In this document: in pieces, positions 19,001 to 30,080 of the stretch
How positions within the stretch are numbered: the stretch's first letter is position 1
Layout: every line of letters begins with the position of its first letter
Origin: Acidobacteriota bacterium
GTDB taxonomy: Bacteria > Acidobacteriota > UBA6911 > RPQK01 > JAJDTT01
Assembly (NCBI GenBank): GCA_965222655.1
Contig: CBDCUP010000009.1
Coordinates: forward strand, 391,991 to 455,990
Length of the DNA stretch: 64,000 bases
Direction of reading: 5' to 3'
Program-made: the position numbers and the translations under genes
The notes under the pieces: model-generated
Database searches by the model: none
The model's input: only the letters and a program-made list of their open reading frames with translations
Told to the model about the DNA's origin: nothing

Positions 19001-22000
19001 TCAGAATGCGAACCTCAAGGCCAGCTGAATCTGGCGGCCTGTGGAAGCGGAGTTCACCACGCCAGCACCAGCGACGTCAATAGCTGTGCCTGGCGTGCCA
19101 AAGGTGGGATGGTTGAACGCATTAAACAACTCAACCCGGAACTCGATTTCCCTCGCCTCTCCCAGAGCGACAGCCTTGTGAAAGGCGAGGTCAACATTCG
19201 CAATTCCATCTGTAACAAGAGGGTACATCGCAGAATTGCCGAACTTTCCGTCAGCTCGATTAGGAACCTCAAAGGCACTCACATCATAGAACCTGTCGAC
19301 GGTTCTTTGGCCTTCCGGAAGCAGCCCTTCACCTACTCGATTCGGGAGCACTAACCTACGACCGCTAATGTCGAAAATATTTTCGCGGACGTTCAGGCCA
19401 TAAGGACTACCAGACGACATAGTTACGATTGACGTAACTTCCCAACCTCCGAAAAGGGTCCGAGCTAGAGGGCTACCGTTTTTCGAAAAAGGAAGCTCCC
19501 ATATTACCGAAGCGAAATAAGTATGAGGTCGGTCCCACACAGCTGGACCGCGGATCGCGCTTCTATCAAACTCGTTTTGCACCTCTCGTTGGATAAATCC
19601 CGGAAAGTTCAAGGCAAAAACTCGCCCCCAGGTCCAACCCGTCGAAAAGCCGATTCCGTCTGCAAAACGCCGTTCTAGTTTGGTCTGCAAGGAGTTATAG
19701 TATGTGTTGCCGTCACTATGCGGCATCAGATGCGTTTGAACATTGGGGTACCACCTGCGCTCCTTCTCGGTCCCTGCAGCGATGACCCTCTCTCCTGTCA
19801 TCAAGATTATTTCACTACCCGCAGGCTCTGACTTATTCCAAGCACGGATATTGGATAAGTGGCGAGCTTGGCTTCCCACATATGCAACTTCCAGTCTTGT
19901 GCTCGGTAGAATTTCGTGTTGAAATGAGAGGTTATAGCTGTGTATGTCAGCTTCTTGCCAATTGGGATCTATACTTTCGTAAAGCCGTTGTTCTTGCTGA
20001 GCTGCTACCGAGTCCAAAGTCAAGAACTCTCCAAAGTTGAGTGCTGGAGATGCGTCACGTGTCTGAACTTGGACAGTCTGGAGTCCCGTATAGGGTCCAA
20101 CGAACCCAGTGGCGGCAATCATAATCCCGAACCACTGGTCATAGGAAACCCCGTACCCTGCACGTATTGCGGTGCGGTTGTTCCCTGTGGGTCTCCAGGC
20201 TATGCCCAAGCGAGGAGCAAAGTTTTTGTACTGTGTCGACACACAGCTCCGACTATCCCTTTCGCGATGGGGAATAGACAACTTCGATGGATCCCCACCA
20301 GTGAAGGCCTGTATGGGGAACCCTTGGGGTACAACTTGAACCGGGTTGAAACGCCCCTGGCTGCCGTCAATGTGACAACTGGCCCGATTGTTCTGGAAGG
20401 TAACAGGAAGATTCAGTTCGTACCGTAAGCCTAGGTTCAAGGTCACGTTGGGTTTGATCCTCCAGTCGTCATTGATAAAGAAGTTGTAGTTGGTCTTATC
20501 ATAAGACGTGAGCGCAGCGATACCGGAGGTCTCAGGCTCCCACAGGTTGACGTTCGCCCTACTTGGGGTTCCCAAGAGAAAATCGGCAAATGGCTGCCCT
20601 ATACTGCCGGCTATTTGCGAAGTCCCAAATCCGTTAAAGCGTGTATCACTAGCGCTCATCGGAACCCAGCGCTGATTAACTTCATAGTAGCGTAGCATGT
20701 CGAAACCGAGCTTCACGTAATGGTTCCCTCGATTCCAGGCTACAGTCTCTTTGATCCCTAATCCCTTGTCTCCCTCTATAAGATCCGACTGGCCGCGGTA
20801 TCGTGCATAGCCGGTAATTCTCATACTCGGAAGTCCGGCCGGACCCGGTCCACCGTCCGGAAGTGTCTCCAGAACCTGGTCTCCGTAGTCAAAGCCGAAT
20901 TCTTTCTCCCAGTTGATTGGGTCGATGGCTTGCTGGTCCCGGTACTTCCAATGAAAACCCACGTTTATCTCATTGATTAGGTTGGTACCGAAAGGCTTGA
21001 TCCAGCCAACTGCCGTCTGCCAGCCTTTCTCTGAGTCGAAAGCGCCCTGGTAGACCCCATTGGGAGAACCCGGCGGCCCCGGATAAGGCCCATCCTTAAT
21101 TTCAGGAGCATTCTGCCAAGTAAATCTCCCAAAGAGCGAATTGTCCGATGAAATCTCGTGGTCGATGCGAGCTGAGGCTTTGTTTCTATCCAGGATGCTG
21201 GTAGAGGCATAGGAATAATTGGGAAAACCCTCCACGTTTGGTTGCGGAAAGGGAAATTGTTGATTGATTGCACTAGCTATCGGGTGGATTCTATTCGCCG
21301 GAATCTTATTTCCGGGAAACTGCATTCTTTCGCCATCGACTACATTAAAAGGGTCATAAATGTTGCCCCCCGGAAACGCTGCTCCACCCCCGCTAAAGTC
21401 TCCCTGCCTTTCCGCCAAGCTCGGTACCGCTATTAGGCCGGGCCGGGAGACAGTGTTGCGAAACCCTTCGTAGGCTCCGAAGAAAAAGGTGCGATCCCTC
21501 TGAATTGGACCACCTACAGCTATCCCAAAATCATGCTGACTTAGGGGAAGTTTGCCCTGGCCGCGGCGATTAGAAAAAAAGTTATTCGCATCGAAGCGCT
21601 CTTTGCGTAAGTACTCCCAAGCCGTTCCGTGGAATTCGTTTGTGCCACTTTTGCTCACGATGTTGATAACCGCGCCAGCCACTCTGCCGTACTCCGCTGA
21701 ATAGTTCGCTGTGATGATCTTAAATTCCTGAACGGTCTCAGGAGTCGGACGGACGACAGGTTGCGCCCGGTTAACCGCTGTACTGGTGGCGCCATCATAG
21801 GTGATCTGATTGGAGTTTGGGGGCTGGCCGTTAAATGAGGGCAGACCTCCGCCAATTCCCCCCCAAGCGGGTTGCTCAGTGGCCCCGGGCACCAGTACCA
21901 CCAGTTGAAACAAGTCCCTGTCTGTCGTAGGCAGATCGACGATCTGTTGGTGCTCCACAACCGCCCCGATTTCCGCGCTTTGAGTGTCAATGACCAGAGA

Positions 22001-22441
22001 CTCGCCCGTGACAACTATGCTGTCTGCAATTTCGCCGGGAGTGAGCAGGAAATCGAGACGAGCTTTTTGATAGACCTCAAGACGGACACCCGAATGTACC
22101 TGCTGCTTAAATCCTGGGAGTCCTGCAGTCACGTCATAAATCCCCGGGATCAATTTGTCAACGATATACATTCCGGCTGGACCGGTTAGTACTTCGTGGA
22201 CAATATTCGTCGCCTGGTTCCTCACCTTGATTTCCACACCGGGCACTACACCTCCGGTTGCGTCTGTCACAGTGCCCACTAAGCGGGCAAAAGTAGTAGA
22301 TTGCCCCCACAGTAATTTGGGCTGAGTGAAAACAAACAGCAAAACCACAGCCCACAAGGCCAAAATTCGAGCCCTAGTAGACTGCCTCTTACTCTTAGTG
22401 AATACTAATCCTTTACTCGTACTCGTCAATCCTCTACTCAT
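19001..22441 (-). CDS. TonB-dependent receptor-like outer-membrane protein with N-terminal CarboxypepD_reg domain (Acidobacteria-type, about 1150 aa)
   Basis: Signal peptide, ARLVGTVTDATGGVVPGVEIKV...GMYIVDKLIPGIYDV carboxypeptidase-regulatory fold, plug and barrel-like C-terminus ending ...LALRFAF; TGA stop. Confidence 0.75.
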   Translation of the reverse strand: MSRGLTSTSKGLVFTKSKRQSTRARILALWAVVLLFVFTQPKLLWGQSTTFARLVGTVTDATGGVVPGVEIKVRNQATNIVHEVLTGPAGMYIVDKLIPGIYDVTAGLPGFKQQVHSGVRLEVYQKARLDFLLTPGEIADSIVVTGESLVIDTQSAEIGAVVEHQQIVDLPTTDRDLFQLVVLVPGATEQPAWGGIGGGLPSFNGQPPNSNQITYDGATSTAVNRAQPVVRPTPETVQEFKIITANYSAEYGRVAGAVINIVSKSGTNEFHGTAWEYLRKERFDANNFFSNRRGQGKLPLSQHDFGIAVGGPIQRDRTFFFGAYEGFRNTVSRPGLIAVPSLAERQGDFSGGGAAFPGGNIYDPFNVVDGERMQFPGNKIPANRIHPIASAINQQFPFPQPNVEGFPNYSYASTSILDRNKASARIDHEISSDNSLFGRFTWQNAPEIKDGPYPGPPGSPNGVYQGAFDSEKGWQTAVGWIKPFGTNLINEINVGFHWKYRDQQAIDPINWEKEFGFDYGDQVLETLPDGGPGPAGLPSMRITGYARYRGQSDLIEGDKGLGIKETVAWNRGNHYVKLGFDMLRYYEVNQRWVPMSASDTRFNGFGTSQIAGSIGQPFADFLLGTPSRANVNLWEPETSGIAALTSYDKTNYNFFINDDWRIKPNVTLNLGLRYELNLPVTFQNNRASCHIDGSQGRFNPVQVVPQGFPIQAFTGGDPSKLSIPHRERDSRSCVSTQYKNFAPRLGIAWRPTGNNRTAIRAGYGVSYDQWFGIMIAATGFVGPYTGLQTVQVQTRDASPALNFGEFLTLDSVAAQQEQRLYESIDPNWQEADIHSYNLSFQHEILPSTRLEVAYVGSQARHLSNIRAWNKSEPAGSEIILMTGERVIAAGTEKERRWYPNVQTHLMPHSDGNTYYNSLQTKLERRFADGIGFSTGWTWGRVFALNFPGFIQREVQNEFDRSAIRGPAVWDRPHTYFASVIWELPFSKNGSPLARTLFGGWEVTSIVTMSSGSPYGLNVRENIFDISGRRLVLPNRVGEGLLPEGQRTVDRFYDVSAFEVPNRADGKFGNSAMYPLVTDGIANVDLAFHKAVALGEAREIEFRVELFNAFNHPTFGTPGTAIDVAGAGVVNSASTGRQIQLALRFAF

Positions 22442-23089
22442 GACCGAAACCCCCGTTGCAATACCATAGTATAGCAAAATGCTTGTAAATTATAATTTGT
22501 AACATACTACATGGCAAATTTTCAGCCTGTCAAGACCTAATGAACATATTCTTGTTCTTGCTGCACGCCATATAAACCGCCTAATTGTGCCCCTATGCTC
22601 TTGGCGCACCCCCCCCTCAAACCCAGTGTTTATGCGGTTCTCTCATTGCGGCAGGGTCAAAAAGTGGCAAACATGGGCTAGGGCAACAGGTGCGGAGAAT
22701 ACGACGCAGGAAAGGGTTGACGCAAGTTATACATGCTGGATAATTCTGTCCGGAGGAATAAGCTGCACGTGGCCGTCTGTGAACAGATCAGCACGATTGA
22801 TCTCAGGGTTGAGATTATCGGTCAGCTGTTTGACCCGCTTCTTTTCAACATCGTAGACGAACACATTGGCCGGCGCGTCATCGTTGACGACCCGAAAACG
22901 CATCAGATCCTCGCTGCGGCTAATCGTTGAGCAAGAAGGACAGACGGATCTGTCAGCCTCGTCCGCGTGCGGATGAAAAGGCTGCCGGAGGCGAGGGCGG
23001 GGGTGGCGAGGATGGATTCGGCCATGTCCTTTTTTTGCGAGGACTTTGAGGTCCGGGCCGCTTTCGAGGACGACGACCACGTCCAGCAT

Positions 23090-24781
23090 CTACAAGGTCC
23101 ATCCCTCGCGGTAGTCGGCGCGGACGTATCTGTTCGCATCAGGTACGTTGGTCACCTTCATGGCCTGCGAGTCCCATTGCAACTTCTTGCCAGTTCGGAT
23201 GGCGATGACGCCCAGGAGTACGGTTTCGGTCAGAGGGTCGGCGTAGTCAAAGCTGCTCAGCGGCGTTGGGCCGCCTTTGCAGGCGTCGATCCATTCGCGG
23301 TGCTGCAGGGATATTGACAACGCGTCAGGACCTCTCGTCTGAATCCTTACGCGTGGCAAGGACGGCTCCGGACGCGGGAAGTCTCTGAAGCGCGATTCCG
23401 GCAGCAGCCGGAGACGGCCGCCGAAGCCGGCCAGCAACTTGCCCTGTTCACCGATGCAAAGCACACCCTGACCCGGCAGGTTCTGTCCGTCGTGCAGCTC
23501 CGCCGGCCGGGGCGGTTTCAAACCGCCGTCGTACCAGGTCAGCTTCACCGGCGGCATGCCGTGACCGGCGGGAAACTCGTAATGAACCATCGATGCCACC
23601 GGCGCGGTTTCCGACGTGACCCGGCTCGAAGTGGCTTCAACACTCGTCGGATGCCTCAACTCTAGCGCCCAGTAGACGGGGTCGATGATGTGACAGCCCA
23701 TATCGCCCAGTGACCCGGAACCGAAAGCCCACCAGCCACGCCATTTGAAGGGCAGGTAGGCGGGATGATACGGTCGGTACGGTGCGGGGCCAAGCCACAG
23801 GTCCCAGTCGAGCCCGTCCGGCACCGACGGCGTATCCGCGGGGCGATCTCGACCGGGAGCCCATGCCGTGCCGGCCGCTGCCCAGCGCCGCTGCCTGACC
23901 GGAGACCATGGGCCGTGCCAACCCGTGTCGGCACACCAAGCATGTACCTCGTGTACCGGGCCGATCGCCCCGGACCGCAAGACTTCGACCTGAAGCCGGA
24001 GATGGTCGTGAGCATGGAACTGGTTGCCCATCTGAGTGGCGAGCTTGGCCGCGCCAGCCACCTCAGCCAGCTTGCGGGCCTCGTCGATCGTATGGGTCAG
24101 CGGTTTTTCGCAGTAAACGTGCTTGCCCATCTTGAGTGCCTGCATGGCGACGACGGCGTGCGAGTGGTCCGGCGTCGCCACCACCACCGCCTCGATGCCC
24201 TTCTCTTCTTCGAGCATCTCGCGAAAGTCGCGGTAGGCGGCACAGCCCTTGTACGTGCCGCTCCGTTTTTGCTGGGCGTAATGGTTTTCGACCATCCGCC
24301 GCGCCGGCTCGCGCCCTGCGACACCACCCTTGTAGTCAAAGTAGTCCCTGCCTTCCCGGTTCACATCGCAGACGGCGACCACCTGAACGTCCGCTTGATT
24401 TGCCAGCAACGACGTGACATGCCTTAGGCCGTGACAGCCGGTACCGATCACCGCCAGATTCACTTTTTCGCTTGGCGGGGCGTGAACGCCCGCTCCGAGC
24501 ACATGTCGAGGAACAATGGTAAAGGCCGCCGCGGCCGCAAGCGCACCGCTGCAAAGATCACGCCGAGACAGCTCCGCCGCCTTGGATGGATGTTTCTCGG
24601 TCCGTGTATTGCCCGATGATCCGGAGTCGTTGCCCGCGCTTAACCTTGGTCCTTTCGGGGATTTCCTGCTTCGCCTTTCGGTCGTCTTTCTCCGATCTTC
24701 CACCTTAGCTCTCCCGTATTTTTCGTTGCGACTGCTTGCTTCATCAGTGCATTTGTTCCTAACCCCTCTTTTTGGGGTCAT
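23090..24781 (-). CDS. Gfo/Idh/MocA-family NAD(P)-dependent oxidoreductase with Tat-type signal; putative start codon lies inside the MITE terminal repeat
   Basis: SRRDLCSGALAAAAAF Tat motif, NLAVIGTGCHG Rossmann, EKPLTHTIDEARKL; only in-frame ATG upstream of the Rossmann fold is in CCGGATGACC of MITE copy B. Confidence 0.7.
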   Translation of the reverse strand: MTPKRGVRNKCTDEASSRNEKYGRAKVEDRRKTTERRSRKSPKGPRLSAGNDSGSSGNTRTEKHPSKAAELSRRDLCSGALAAAAAFTIVPRHVLGAGVHAPPSEKVNLAVIGTGCHGLRHVTSLLANQADVQVVAVCDVNREGRDYFDYKGGVAGREPARRMVENHYAQQKRSGTYKGCAAYRDFREMLEEEKGIEAVVVATPDHSHAVVAMQALKMGKHVYCEKPLTHTIDEARKLAEVAGAAKLATQMGNQFHAHDHLRLQVEVLRSGAIGPVHEVHAWCADTGWHGPWSPVRQRRWAAAGTAWAPGRDRPADTPSVPDGLDWDLWLGPAPYRPYHPAYLPFKWRGWWAFGSGSLGDMGCHIIDPVYWALELRHPTSVEATSSRVTSETAPVASMVHYEFPAGHGMPPVKLTWYDGGLKPPRPAELHDGQNLPGQGVLCIGEQGKLLAGFGGRLRLLPESRFRDFPRPEPSLPRVRIQTRGPDALSISLQHREWIDACKGGPTPLSSFDYADPLTETVLLGVIAIRTGKKLQWDSQAMKVTNVPDANRYVRADYREGWTL

Positions 24782-25091
24782 CCGGTAAATGGGGAGGTGG
24801 GGACGTGGTTGGCACCTTCCGGATCCCAAATCTGCTCCCCGTTCGCTTGTCCATATAGTCGGCTGCAGTAGCAGAGGCCGTGGGAACTGTGGAAAACTCC
24901 GAGCGACATCGAACCGGGCCAGCAAGCCCGTGATACGGAGTTTTCCAAGCGCTGTGCGAACGGTGGAAAAACAACTGCGAGCACTTGCCAGTTCTCCTCC
25001 AGAACTACTTGTTTTTCCACGGTTTGCATAGTGCGGCAGTTTCCATGGCCTGCCTTTGACTGGCGGCACCTCCCCATTTACCGGATGAACC
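24776..25091. mobile_element. MITE copy B (316 bp)
   Basis: Same 24-bp TIRs; flanked by 9-bp direct repeat CTCTTTTTG. Confidence 0.8.
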
Positions 25092-25100
25092 TCTTTTTGT

Positions 25101-25733
25101 TCAATCCGCCAGCTGTACGAACTCGATGAGCATCCCGTCAGGTCCCTTGGCACAGATGACATGCTTGGCGTCTGGCGCAGAAAGAGGTTCCGACACGAAC
25201 TCGACTCCCGCGGCCTTGAGTCGGGCGACGCAAGCGGGAACGTCTTCAATAATCAAGGTCAACCAACGCACCCCCGCCTGAAAGTCGAACGTTCGCTCTT
25301 CAGGAGGTGATTCGATTTCCATGAGCTTCAGCAGCGTGTCGCCGGCCTTCAGGCGTACCTGTCTGAACTTCCTTGGAGCCAGACCGAGTTCTTTGGCGAG
25401 ATCTCCGGCAACCTGGATCTCATGCACGACTTTCAGACCGATCAGGTCGCGATAAAAGTGCAACGACTCATCAAAGTCGCTACAAACAATTCCGAGGTCG
25501 ATCACCGGATGCCTCAACGTGCACATGGGTTGATCTGTTGCCTGAGACGCTTCATTAACCGAAGCGATGGGGCGGCCTGATTCGCTCGATCCATTACTAC
25601 GTTCTTGCACAGCCTGTGTTTCGCTGCCAACGTCTGACTTTGTCGCTCCCGGGCCAGCATCCTGTGGGGCACCGCATCCGGGCAGCACGGAACATAGACT
25701 CATACCCAAGAGAATTCGAAAACAGGGCTTCAT
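25101..25733 (-). CDS. VOC-family (glyoxalase/bleomycin-resistance/dioxygenase fold) lipoprotein
   Basis: Lipobox LPGCG after signal peptide; HPVIDLGIVCSDFDESLHFYRDLIGL VOC-type beta-alpha-beta-beta-beta module. Confidence 0.6.
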   Translation of the reverse strand: MKPCFRILLGMSLCSVLPGCGAPQDAGPGATKSDVGSETQAVQERSNGSSESGRPIASVNEASQATDQPMCTLRHPVIDLGIVCSDFDESLHFYRDLIGLKVVHEIQVAGDLAKELGLAPRKFRQVRLKAGDTLLKLMEIESPPEERTFDFQAGVRWLTLIIEDVPACVARLKAAGVEFVSEPLSAPDAKHVICAKGPDGMLIEFVQLAD

Positions 25734-25765
25734 CGAGAGTCCCTCCTGTGATTCATATCAAGTGG

Positions 25766-26593
25766 TCACGTCAAATCCTTTCGAATCTTAATGTTCTTCC
25801 ACCGACACTTCGCTCCCTTTGGCCAAACGCCTCCACCGTGGACTTGCAGGGCGATGCTCCCCTCGGCGCCGATTGTTTTGAAGATCTCCTCTTTCTTGTA
25901 GTCTTTGTTGCTGGATGTGTGGCCGTTGAAAACACAGACCCTTTGGCCGTTGATCCAGGTCGTGATGCGTGGATACTTGCCCTCCACACGGACGCGGGCG
26001 GTGTTCCAGTCATTGAGCTTCCAGGCTTTGACCCATTCGTCCGGGGTGCACGAATACTCCAGCCCGACGCTCTGGGCCGACTTATGTTTGGCTGTTTTCA
26101 GCCCAATGAGATTCCGGTCTTTATCGTATCTTCCGTTGATATCGAACGTGCGCGTGTAGAAGTCACTACCGGTGGCTTCGCCGGTAGCGTGCCCCAGGAA
26201 CAAGCCGGAACAAACGCCCCAATCGGGCTTCATATCAATCAACAGTTCAAAGTCGCGAAACTTCTGGTCGGTGAGCAGGATGCCACCATTCCCCGAACCG
26301 GGCGGGTCCTGCTCTCCCGTGATCGTTCCGTCTTCCACTGCCCATCGTCCCCCGCTGCCATGCCTGATCCTCCGCGGATTCTTGTGCCATCCTTCAAGCG
26401 TCTTGCCATCGAACAGGCTGATCCATTCACGTTTGCAGCCGCTACCAATCACCCCCAACGCAAGCCGGTTGCTGGCGCATGATCTGGCCTCCCTTGCCAG
26501 GGCCGAGCTGGTCATCACGCAGGGGACAAGAATCGGCACCGCCGCGGTTCCGGCAAGAAAGCTGCGGCGAGTGATCGGTTGGTCTGGAAGCAT
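25766..26593 (-). CDS. DUF1080 (3-keto-disaccharide hydrolase / laminin-G-like) protein with Tat signal
   Basis: TRRSFLAGTAAVPIL; LFDGKTLEGWH...W.VEDG.I.G..., ...ALQVHGGG...W.NIKI; commonly partnered with Gfo/Idh/MocA dehydrogenases. Confidence 0.7.
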   Translation of the reverse strand: MLPDQPITRRSFLAGTAAVPILVPCVMTSSALAREARSCASNRLALGVIGSGCKREWISLFDGKTLEGWHKNPRRIRHGSGGRWAVEDGTITGEQDPPGSGNGGILLTDQKFRDFELLIDMKPDWGVCSGLFLGHATGEATGSDFYTRTFDINGRYDKDRNLIGLKTAKHKSAQSVGLEYSCTPDEWVKAWKLNDWNTARVRVEGKYPRITTWINGQRVCVFNGHTSSNKDYKKEEIFKTIGAEGSIALQVHGGGVWPKGAKCRWKNIKIRKDLT

Positions 26594-26842
26594 GGCATAA
26601 TCTCCACGATTGCGTGTTCGTATTGTAGTTTGTGCCAACCCGATCGACGATAATCACAGACTGCTCCGATAAAATTTTTGTACTTGATTACCGCGTCGCG
26701 ATTGGCCTTTCCTTGCACAGGGTTTGCTGTAGGGTTTCGCTCATCAGTGTCCCTCTCAGACGCCCCAATTCAGTGGCCTTGATCGAGAGGCTGACAGCAA
26801 GTCAACGTAGTTGAGTCCTAGTCTTACTCTAGCCCGGATTTC

Positions 26843-27577
26843 TCAAGGATAAGAAAAAGCAGTCAGCTCTCCCAGAACCTCTCGCTTGCCCCAACGCTTC
26901 ACTCCCAGGGCTTTGAGGATGGCCAGATCCTGGATCGCACCGTTGACTCTCACCTTCTCGTAGTGGGCATCCAGGTAGAGCACCCGGCACTCCCCCAGTT
27001 CCCGTTCCCGAAACTGCTCCAGTTCTTCGTCCAGCATCTTCGCGATCCTCGAGACCTGAGTGGCCGAGATCTCGGTTCCACACAACTGCTCCGTAATCTG
27101 GCTCACCTTCCGGGTCGAAACTCCCTTCACGTACATCTCGGCAATTGCCAGCTTCAGGGCCTTTTCCGATCGGCATCCTCGCTCCAGCGACTTCGGGTAA
27201 AACGACAAGTGCCTCACCTGGGGGATCTTCAGCTTCAGCCGTCCCACCCGAGTCGCCACCGTCTTGCCTTTGAAGCCATTGGCATGATCGCGCCGCTCGC
27301 TCGTCCTTTGGTACGGCTCCGCTCCTAAAAACTCGGATCTCTCCAGCTCCATCGCCAGGTTAAACAGCTTCTCCAGCACGTTGCGAAAGGCCTCGGCGCC
27401 TTCCTCCATTAATTCTTCCAAAATCTCTAGTGGTAAGCTCTCTCTCGGGTCTGGGTTCATCGATTCTCCTTTCAAAACTTGCTTGTTTCGTTTGGAGAAT
27501 CCTGTCCCAGACCCCTGTCCCCTTGGGCGGTGGCCGGGTTCGGCTCCGATCGGCCCTCCGGGCCTCCCTTCGCCCAA
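26843..27577 (-). pseudogene. IS256-family transposase, C-terminally truncated (about 244 of about 400 aa)
   Basis: Paralogue of 14134-15318 (about 75% aa identity over N-terminal two thirds) ending prematurely; IS256-type IR with AAATTACAGAAAGAAAGTTACAC at about 27600-27640. Confidence 0.7.
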
Positions 27578-28329
27578 CCCCTCTCCACTCCGGGGTAGAA
27601 CTCAAATTACAGAAAGAAAGTTACACGGCCTGACGTTAAACCTCGCCGCGCAGCGGTTTTGAATAGGGGTCGTCGGAAGGGTCGCTTGGTTTGATCCTCT
27701 CGACGCCGTGCGCCTTGAAGTCTTTCCATAGCTCTTTGAAAGCTGGGGTCCCTTCGACCAACTCCCCGCCCTCGATCCTACCAACAACCTCTCCAGCCCT
27801 TCATCCGGGTTAACCACACACGAAAGGGCCATATTGGAAAAGACGTGGGCCTCAGGCGCGCTCGAGTTACTGAAACACGCTTATTCCCACATCGAGCTCA
27901 ACTCCGCCTTCGACAAGCGAATGGCCTTCATCAGCAGCAATACCTGCGTGGAGAGGGGCTAATATAGCTGGACGATGCCCACATGGAGTTCCCCGGAATC
28001 GGGAGAAGAAATATCTCCTAGGAGTGTGCGCAATAGAACGGTTTTGGGAGAGTCCATTGGACCAAGATGGCAACAAAACATCAAATTACGCGTGTTGATA
28101 GGTCCAAAAGACTCAAAATACATTGACACCTAAATTGAGCGATTCTACTCATTTTAGCGAAAATGAAGGTCGCACAGATGCGAGTTCCGACGGCAGAGGG
28201 TTCCGGGTGAGTTCAGAAGGGTGGAGGGTGGCGATTTTCCCTCGCGAAAGGGAGCAGCGACCCTGAGCCGAGGCGATAGCGGGCACACGGGGGCCCTGAG
28301 GCTGGAAGGAGGCTTTGGTTTTTTGAGAT

Positions 28330-29787
28330 TTAGACCCAGGCGAAAGGCGGCGGGTGGGCGCTCTTGCGCCAGAGCCGGTCGATTTGAAGCTGCTTCCAGG
28401 TGGCGGCCGTTACTTTCAGCAGGATCTGGCCGGCATGGCGGACGATTTTCCCCGCCACGTCGATGATCCGCCGACGTAAGGTCGTGGGGTAGCAGTTGAG
28501 CGGCACCACCGGCTGGCACACATCTTCCTTGAAACACTCGTAAAGGAAAAAGGCCACCAGCAACGTGTAGTAATAGGCCGCGTTGGCAGCAAAGCGTTTA
28601 AACGGAAGAGTCTGTGAGGTAAAGTCCTTCAGGGCTCGATGCACTAACTCATCGGCTCCCCGTCCCTGATAGCCTTGCAGGATCGCCTCGGCTTGAAGCC
28701 AACGCTCGAGCCCCGCTTGCTGGAGCTGCTCGTCCACGGCGGAGCCGCAACCGAGATTGGTGTACAGGATCTGATCGGGACGGGCAAAGGCCAAAAGGCG
28801 CTGCTGATCCTCATAAGCCGGTCGGCAGAACAGGGCCCGGCGGAACTTCTCCCAGCTACCCCGCCGGTTTCCCAGTTCCACATAGTGCCACTCCTGATCG
28901 CCGTTGCGAGAGACTCCCCAGGCCGTTTCCTCCAGCTGCAAGATGTACTGTTGCACATCGCCATAGAGCTTGCCGGCGACGATGTAGCCGACCTGGAGTT
29001 CTTCCAAGACCTTCAGCAGCTTCTGATCGAAAAAGCCGCTGTCCAGGCGCACGATGATGGGTACCTCGGAGCGGTACTTTCGGCGAATCTTCCGGATCAG
29101 ATGACTCAGGGTCTTCGGGGCCGTGTCGGCGTGGTTGGAGTGCTTGTCTCCTCCCCGAAAGACGGCATCGATGAGCAAGCGGCCCCAGGTGACCTGAAGC
29201 GGCTGAAACCCTTTGACTCGTTTGTAGGTCGGCGCCACGCCGTGGCGCTGGGGGGCCTCGTCGTTGTCCATCACCATGGTATCCATCCCCAGCAGAATCA
29301 GGGGCGGCTGTTGCAATCGCAGCCGCCACAGGAACAGCTGCTGCAGGAGTCGGCGAAAGAGCCAGATGCGCCACATGGAAAAGCGGCCGAAAAAGCGCTT
29401 GACCGCGTGAGAGGACAGCAAGGCCTCGGGCTTCGTCTCGATCGCTGCTCCATAGCCCGGATCCTCCTTCAAGGCTTCGAAGGACACCAAATGGCGACTC
29501 GATCCGTCTAGGAAGAAGCACCACAGCTGTTTGAAGATCTCCGTCACCGGCTGTCCTTTGCGGCTTTTGCGCAAGGAGCCAAACAGCCGATCCAGATCAG
29601 GGTCCAGACCCAAGCTCCGCACATAGCGGACAAACAGGCTCAGCCCGGCGCGTCCGGTCAAGGTCTCCGAGGTGGGTTGCACGTCGTCTATCCTTCGGGA
29701 AACAGACGCCTCAGAATGACGGGGAAGGGTGCTATAGTGGCTCACAGTTGTTTTACCTTCTGGGTTAGGAGCTTTTCGGTAGCCCAT
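28330..29787 (-). CDS. DDE transposase, IS1380/IS4-like
   Basis: 485 aa; N-terminal ETLTGRAGLSLF, central RLDSGFF, C-terminal ANAAYYYTLLVAFFLYE block typical of IS1380/IS4 group; family from memory. Confidence 0.55.
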   Translation of the reverse strand: MGYRKAPNPEGKTTVSHYSTLPRHSEASVSRRIDDVQPTSETLTGRAGLSLFVRYVRSLGLDPDLDRLFGSLRKSRKGQPVTEIFKQLWCFFLDGSSRHLVSFEALKEDPGYGAAIETKPEALLSSHAVKRFFGRFSMWRIWLFRRLLQQLFLWRLRLQQPPLILLGMDTMVMDNDEAPQRHGVAPTYKRVKGFQPLQVTWGRLLIDAVFRGGDKHSNHADTAPKTLSHLIRKIRRKYRSEVPIIVRLDSGFFDQKLLKVLEELQVGYIVAGKLYGDVQQYILQLEETAWGVSRNGDQEWHYVELGNRRGSWEKFRRALFCRPAYEDQQRLLAFARPDQILYTNLGCGSAVDEQLQQAGLERWLQAEAILQGYQGRGADELVHRALKDFTSQTLPFKRFAANAAYYYTLLVAFFLYECFKEDVCQPVVPLNCYPTTLRRRIIDVAGKIVRHAGQILLKVTAATWKQLQIDRLWRKSAHPPPFAWV

Positions 29788-30080
29788 CTACCGCTAACTC
29801 CTAGCCCAGCAACATCTTAACTCAAAGATGTGACATCCCTAGGCCCATCAATCGCTCAATTTAGGTGACAATAAACGTAAAAATGGTCTGCTGCTCCTAC
29901 AAATTTTCCTGCCGCGCAGGCTCCTAGCACGCACCATAAGGTGCCCTGATCGACCCAGCGGATCTGTCGAACTCCGAAATCCCGGGCCTCCTTAGAGGAA
30001 GAGCGAGCCGGGATGTCATTTGTCGGTGTTTCAAGTAATGGAATGGGTTCGTGTTAGAATCGAAACGATCACCGGAAAAC

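Noticed and set aside
23090-25249. ORF-track call of a 719-aa protein
   Set aside because: The N-terminal about 150 codons read straight through MITE copy B and upstream non-coding DNA; real gene is the about 560-aa Gfo/Idh/MocA oxidoreductase beginning at or just inside the MITE boundary.
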